Shown here piece by piece: positions 59,433 to 64,000 of a DNA stretch of 64,000 nucleotides. The notes beneath the pieces are model-generated. The model was given only the letters and a program-made list of their open reading frames with translations, was not told where the DNA came from and did no database searches. Position 1 is the stretch's first letter, and every line of letters begins with the position of its first letter. This stretch comes from Bdellovibrionales bacterium. Lineage in GTDB: Bacteria; Bdellovibrionota; Bdellovibrionia; Bdellovibrionales; JAUICD01. The stretch lies in contig OZ241865.1 in NCBI GenBank assembly GCA_965203275.1, positions 480,001 through 544,000 of the forward strand. The letters run 5' to 3'. Both the position numbers and the translations under genes were made by a program.

Positions 59433-61916
59433 GTGCAACTTAAAGTGTTGGCATCAGTAACGTTCCGAAATCTATTGATATGCAGTCTTTTGTCCTCTAT
59501 TGTGGTTGCTTGTGGAGATCCATCAAAATCAAACTTTGATGACATGCCTGACCCCTCTACACAATACTTACTAGACCATCCAGAAGAAAATCGCAAAAGA
59601 CTGCAAAGGCTTCTCGAAGAAGAAAGACAAAAGCGACTGAAATTAGAACATTATTTAGACTCAGATCACTTTCAACACCTTGATCAGGATCACAATGACT
59701 TAAGCTCTTTCCTTGATCATATCAGACAAAAGACTATTGAAATACAACAAAACTTAAACCTCAATAAAGCAAATCTATTGATGGCTTCCGCTAATCAAAT
59801 ACCTCAAATACCTCAAGAACCTCAAATGCCTCAAGAACCTTCTGATGATTCATCAAATACTTCATCAAATACTCCATCAAAACAAGAGACTAGCTCTGTT
59901 GAAAAATATCCAGAGGCCTTTTCAAAGGCTTTAGATACATTAGAGGGTTTTTCATATCAAATGCAAAAGGCCTGGGAGTGGACAAAAGACAAATGGAACT
60001 CAGAAGAAGTGCAATCTAACTTAGATTATTTAAAACGCCAGGGAAAGACGGCAATAGAAAGCTTAGGAGCTTTCTCTGAAAATGCTATAGAAAATGTACA
60101 ACAACTCAGCAAACACCTTCAAATGCGGGCAGGAGAAAGACAAGAAATAAAAGAAGAAATAGCTAGAAGACAAGTAGCTGAAATGAGGGCCATGAGACAT
60201 CAAGAAATTGTATCCCTTGAAATGCAAGAATCTCAAGCATATAAAGCAAGACTAGAAGCTCAGGCAACAGCTGTGGCTCAAAGAGCAGAGGCCATTGCAT
60301 GGGCGATTCAAGCTCGCAAGGACACTCCTATAAGGGAAAATATAAGAAAAGAAATGACAGCAGAAAAAGGGCAGTGGGCTGCTAGAGAGACTATTGAGAG
60401 ATGGAGTCGCCTATCATACGAAGACAGAAGAACAAGAAGTAACTATAGAGTTTTGAAAGCAGATATTCAAAACCATCAAATGCATAACCTACCTAATAGA
60501 TATTCTCTTTTAGAAATAAACTCTGAATCTGAGGCCTCTATTTGCTTTACAGATCGTTGCATCATTTACCCTTTAGCTGATCTAGAATCTGATTTAAAAA
60601 ATCTTATCAAACAAGTCACAGAAAATGATCAAGAGGAGTTTAAATGGAGAATAGCTGCCAGACGAGAACGTGAAGCCAAAGCACGATCTGAAGCAGCAGC
60701 TAGGGCAGCTGAACGTAAACGTAATGATGAGATAACAGATCAATGGGCTAGCAGTTGGTTGAGAGAGAGACGGTACGAATCGGCTTTAGAAGAGAATATG
60801 CTTCCTATAACAGCAGGTATTAAGCTTTTTCCTATCTATTGGGGAGATACTGTTTATGCTAGAACTTCAGAAGAAGATATGAAATGGCTTTCTTTAAGAG
60901 ATCATTCTTCTACATCGAATGCTCCAGATAATTTATTTAAAATAGAAGCTTTCAATCCTGAACAACCTGAAATGAGCCGAACACTCATAGCAGATAGAGT
61001 CAATGAAATAGAATTAATTATTGGATGTCATAGAAGACTTAGCTGTAATGATAATAAGATAAAGTATAAAAGCAGAAGAAATGATTCATGGCAAGAATAT
61101 CCTTTAAAAAGACTTATTAATTATCAAAATACTCGCACTGTTTATCAAATACAAATCACGCCTCTTTCTCAAGAGAAAGATGCGACAACACAAGTGAGAT
61201 GGAAAGTTAATAGAAGGAACAGGGAGATCAATCAACGCTATAGAGGATATTTTCGTATTGCTATCACAAAAAGAGGGAAAAAAGACAACAATAAAAGAGA
61301 AGAAGATGAAATAGAAGAATGGAGTCTTATTAATGATATCCCTTTAGAACATTATGTTCAGTCTGTTGTAGCAAGTGAAATTTATTCTCGCTATGCAATG
61401 GATACCCATAAAGCACAAGCTATTGCAGCTCGTACTTATGCTTTATGGTGGATTCGTACAAATAGAAGAGTACACCCACGTGGATGGGATATGGGACCTA
61501 ATACAGCTTTTCAAGCATATAGAGGATTTCGTGTAGAAACTTGGAAAGGATACAGATCTGTTTTAGAAACACTGGGCGAAGTACTCACCTATAATGGCAG
61601 AGTGGCTTTCACAGAATACCATGCCTGTTCTCGATCTTATACTAAAACTGATGAAAGGGTAGCTATCTTTAGACGTAGAAATACTCCAGACTATGTGAAC
61701 TGCGGTAATGGAGAATCTCGATTTGGACATGGACGTGGGCTTCCTCAACAAACAGCGAATGCACTGATCACAAATGGATGGGATACAAGTAAAACCCAAA
61801 GCCGGCCGACAAGAAATGCTAAATATCCTGCAAATTATGAAGAACCATGGAGCTATAAAGATGTTTTACTTTATTTTTACGATGGGGTTGAAATACAAGA
61901 CTATAAAGATTTGTGA
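59433..61916 (+). CDS. SpoIID/LytB-domain lipoprotein with long coiled-coil N-terminal region
   Basis: VACG lipobox; INDIPLEHYVQSVVASE, KAQAIAARTY, FQAY, FGHGRGLPQ, LLYFY; strong GGAGG RBS. Confidence 0.85.
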   Translation: MQLKVLASVTFRNLLICSLLSSIVVACGDPSKSNFDDMPDPSTQYLLDHPEENRKRLQRLLEEERQKRLKLEHYLDSDHFQHLDQDHNDLSSFLDHIRQKTIEIQQNLNLNKANLLMASANQIPQIPQEPQMPQEPSDDSSNTSSNTPSKQETSSVEKYPEAFSKALDTLEGFSYQMQKAWEWTKDKWNSEEVQSNLDYLKRQGKTAIESLGAFSENAIENVQQLSKHLQMRAGERQEIKEEIARRQVAEMRAMRHQEIVSLEMQESQAYKARLEAQATAVAQRAEAIAWAIQARKDTPIRENIRKEMTAEKGQWAARETIERWSRLSYEDRRTRSNYRVLKADIQNHQMHNLPNRYSLLEINSESEASICFTDRCIIYPLADLESDLKNLIKQVTENDQEEFKWRIAARREREAKARSEAAARAAERKRNDEITDQWASSWLRERRYESALEENMLPITAGIKLFPIYWGDTVYARTSEEDMKWLSLRDHSSTSNAPDNLFKIEAFNPEQPEMSRTLIADRVNEIELIIGCHRRLSCNDNKIKYKSRRNDSWQEYPLKRLINYQNTRTVYQIQITPLSQEKDATTQVRWKVNRRNREINQRYRGYFRIAITKRGKKDNNKREEDEIEEWSLINDIPLEHYVQSVVASEIYSRYAMDTHKAQAIAARTYALWWIRTNRRVHPRGWDMGPNTAFQAYRGFRVETWKGYRSVLETLGEVLTYNGRVAFTEYHACSRSYTKTDERVAIFRRRNTPDYVNCGNGESRFGHGRGLPQQTANALITNGWDTSKTQSRPTRNAKYPANYEEPWSYKDVLLYFYDGVEIQDYKDL

Positions 61917-61972
61917 TTTTGTTGCATGCAAAAAAATCTTGTATTGAGAATATCAAAGTTCATTTATTTCAA

Positions 61973-63517
61973 TCAAATGCGAGGAAACAAAGGACATGAT
62001 TTTTTAATAGCTGTCCCCTCTTGAAGTAGCCCCCACTTTTGTGCATCTTGAAAGCATGGAGCTACTTGCCAGTTAATCCTTTCAAGTAATACCTTCATTT
62101 TCACTGGCATGATAGGATACAGTAAAATAGCTGATATACGTAAGGCTTCTAAACAACTATAAAGAGCTTCTGCTGCTAAAATTTGTTGATCCTTCAGGTG
62201 TGGATTGGCTTTAAGCTCTTTTAAAGCAATCCATGGTTTCATTTCTTCCAAATAACTATTGGTGGCATTTAAAAAATGCATGATCAAATGAGGTGCTTTT
62301 TGAGGGGCTAGAGAATCAATAGCCTCTTTAACCCGAGGAGCAAGGCTTTCGGCTTGTGCTATTAATTTTTTTGTGGGTGGTTGGTTTGCAACACAGATGG
62401 GTATTAAACCTTGAAAGCCTTTTTCCACAAGAGTACTGCTACGACTCAAAAGATTGCCTAAATTATTCGATAAGTCCGTGTTGATACAATCAATAGCTAA
62501 GTTTGTTTTGAAGTGAGCATCGTTGCCAAAGTTAATGCTTTTTGTAAGAAAATAACGTAAGCCATGGACACCAATAATATTTTTGACCTCAAGAGGTTTG
62601 AGGACTTTATTTTTAGATTTGCTCATTTTTTCGTTATTTTCTGTCAGCCACCACCCGTGAGCAAATATTTGCTTTGGCAGAGGAGCTTGAAGTGCCATCA
62701 ACATAGTAGGCCAGTAGACGGCATGAGTGATCAGAATATCTTTGCCAATGATATGGATGGCTTGAGGCCAAAATTGATGGAATTGATCTTGCTTTTCTTT
62801 TTGGCGGTAACCTATAGCAGAAGCATAATTTAAAAGAGCATCAAACCACACATAAGTGACATGCTGTGTATCAAAAGGGATTTCAATACCCCACTTTAGA
62901 CGTGACTTAGGCCGGCTAATACTCAGATCTTCTAAAGGCTGTTTTAAAAATCCTAAAACTTCGTTTCTTTTAGAATCTGGTTGTATAAAATGAGGATTTT
63001 GCTCTATATGATCTTTAAGCCCTTCTTGATATTTAGACATTCTAAAAAAGTAATTTTCTTCTTTGATTTTGTGAACAGGGTTTCCAAGCGGACTCTTACC
63101 ATCTTTGAGTTCTTTGGTTGTATAAAAAATTTCTTCACTTTCACAATAAAGACCCTCATAATTTTTTTTGTAAATTTCACCCTTATCCCAAAGTTCTTGA
63201 AGGCAAGATTGTACAACTTTTTTATGAAAGTCCATTGTGGTTCGCATAAAAAAGCTTTCTTTGATTTCTAACTCCGCCCATAAGTCCTGAAAATGTTTTG
63301 CATATTCGTCTATGTGTTGCTCAATGGGTAACCCTCTTTTAGTGGCAGCATTTTCAACCTTCTGCCCATGTTCATCTGTACCTGTGAGCAGAAAAGAATC
63401 TTCACCAAAAAGAAGATGATAACGATGAAGTACATCACAGATCACAGTAGAGTAGGCATGGCCAATATGAGGTGAGTCATTAACATAGTAGAGAGGTGTT
63501 GTGATGTAAAAACTCAT
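61973..63517 (-). CDS. metG: Methionine--tRNA ligase (short form)
   Basis: YITTPLYYVN..PHIGHAY, TGTDEHGQK, YVWFDAL, KMSKS. Confidence 0.97.
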   Translation of the reverse strand: MSFYITTPLYYVNDSPHIGHAYSTVICDVLHRYHLLFGEDSFLLTGTDEHGQKVENAATKRGLPIEQHIDEYAKHFQDLWAELEIKESFFMRTTMDFHKKVVQSCLQELWDKGEIYKKNYEGLYCESEEIFYTTKELKDGKSPLGNPVHKIKEENYFFRMSKYQEGLKDHIEQNPHFIQPDSKRNEVLGFLKQPLEDLSISRPKSRLKWGIEIPFDTQHVTYVWFDALLNYASAIGYRQKEKQDQFHQFWPQAIHIIGKDILITHAVYWPTMLMALQAPLPKQIFAHGWWLTENNEKMSKSKNKVLKPLEVKNIIGVHGLRYFLTKSINFGNDAHFKTNLAIDCINTDLSNNLGNLLSRSSTLVEKGFQGLIPICVANQPPTKKLIAQAESLAPRVKEAIDSLAPQKAPHLIMHFLNATNSYLEEMKPWIALKELKANPHLKDQQILAAEALYSCLEALRISAILLYPIMPVKMKVLLERINWQVAPCFQDAQKWGLLQEGTAIKKSCPLFPRI

Positions 63518-63566
63518 TTATTGATGGCCCTTTTAGTTGATTTATTTATTATAACACAACAAAAAA

Positions 63567-64000
63567 TTACCTGAAAAGTTTATATTTTTTTGCAGCAAAC
63601 CAGTTCTTTTTATGTGGGTCATACTGCACTCTTGCACATTCTATATAAGGATCATGCTCAAAGAATAAAAGCCAATTATTTTTTGTAGCTTCAGTTAAGA
63701 TTTTATGCTTTTCTTCAATCAATAGGAGTGGATGCAGATCATAGCCCATCACCCAAGCTAGCCTTATATGTGAGGCTGTAGGAATCACATCTCCACAATA
63801 AAATAAAGCCTCTGTATCACTAGAGACTAAAACATTTTGTTGACCTTTGGTATGCCCATAGCTCAAGGTCACAGAGATATTAGGCAGAAGTTCATCCACA
63901 GGACCATCTAAAATTTTCAACACATTTGCTTCCAAAAGAGGCTTAAAATTAGCAGGGAAATAACTCGCTCTTTCTCTTAAGTTAGGATTTTCAGCTGTTT
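63567..64000 (-). CDS. MBL-fold metallo-hydrolase (5' part lies outside the window)
   Basis: GHT.GQQ, YCGDVIP, WVMGYD, FEHDP. Confidence 0.85.
   Translation of the reverse strand, partial: TAENPNLRERASYFPANFKPLLEANVLKILDGPVDELLPNISVTLSYGHTKGQQNVLVSSDTEALFYCGDVIPTASHIRLAWVMGYDLHPLLLIEEKHKILTEATKNNWLLFFEHDPYIECARVQYDPHKKNWFAAKKYKLFR

Noticed and set aside
9042..63271. Numerous 60-125-aa ORFs antisense to or overlapping long housekeeping genes
   Set aside because: Shadow ORFs of well-supported genes with no independent motifs.

Overview
AT-rich bacterial chromosomal window. The gene set and motifs (FQNC lipobox, tandem DUF507, GYF_2 protein, one-Cys DksA, maeB, hmgA) suggest Bdellovibrionota/Oligoflexia, possibly host-associated; this is inference. 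It carries ordinary housekeeping genes (argS, ileS-lspA-lgt, lysS, metG, acnA, rho, mrdA, pdxH, nagZ, maeB, fbaB, hmgA, ogt, mrp/apbC) and many orphan secreted or lipoproteins (ankyrin, RCC1, a Clp-N/HTH-repeat protein, four apparently paralogous lipoproteins). No rRNA, tRNA, CRISPR array, integrase, transposase or reverse transcriptase was recognised. The outstanding feature is non-coding. Nine intergenic loci (about 6 kb, roughly 9% of the window) are mosaics of one repeat family with three parts: (i) a ~146-bp core unit with a TTAACA-N3-TGTTAA head palindrome and a three-way-junction fold whose every helix shows compensatory changes between copies, (ii) a ~170-bp long bulged hairpin, and (iii) GATC-containing 7-bp tandem arrays. 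Copies are nested inside each other's hairpin tips (three-deep at 50170-50629), one long hairpin has its interior inverted, chimeras join within stems, and element ends supply stop codons to host genes. This looks like an undescribed non-autonomous, self-targeting structured (ssDNA or RNA) mobile element whose enzyme is not encoded in this window.
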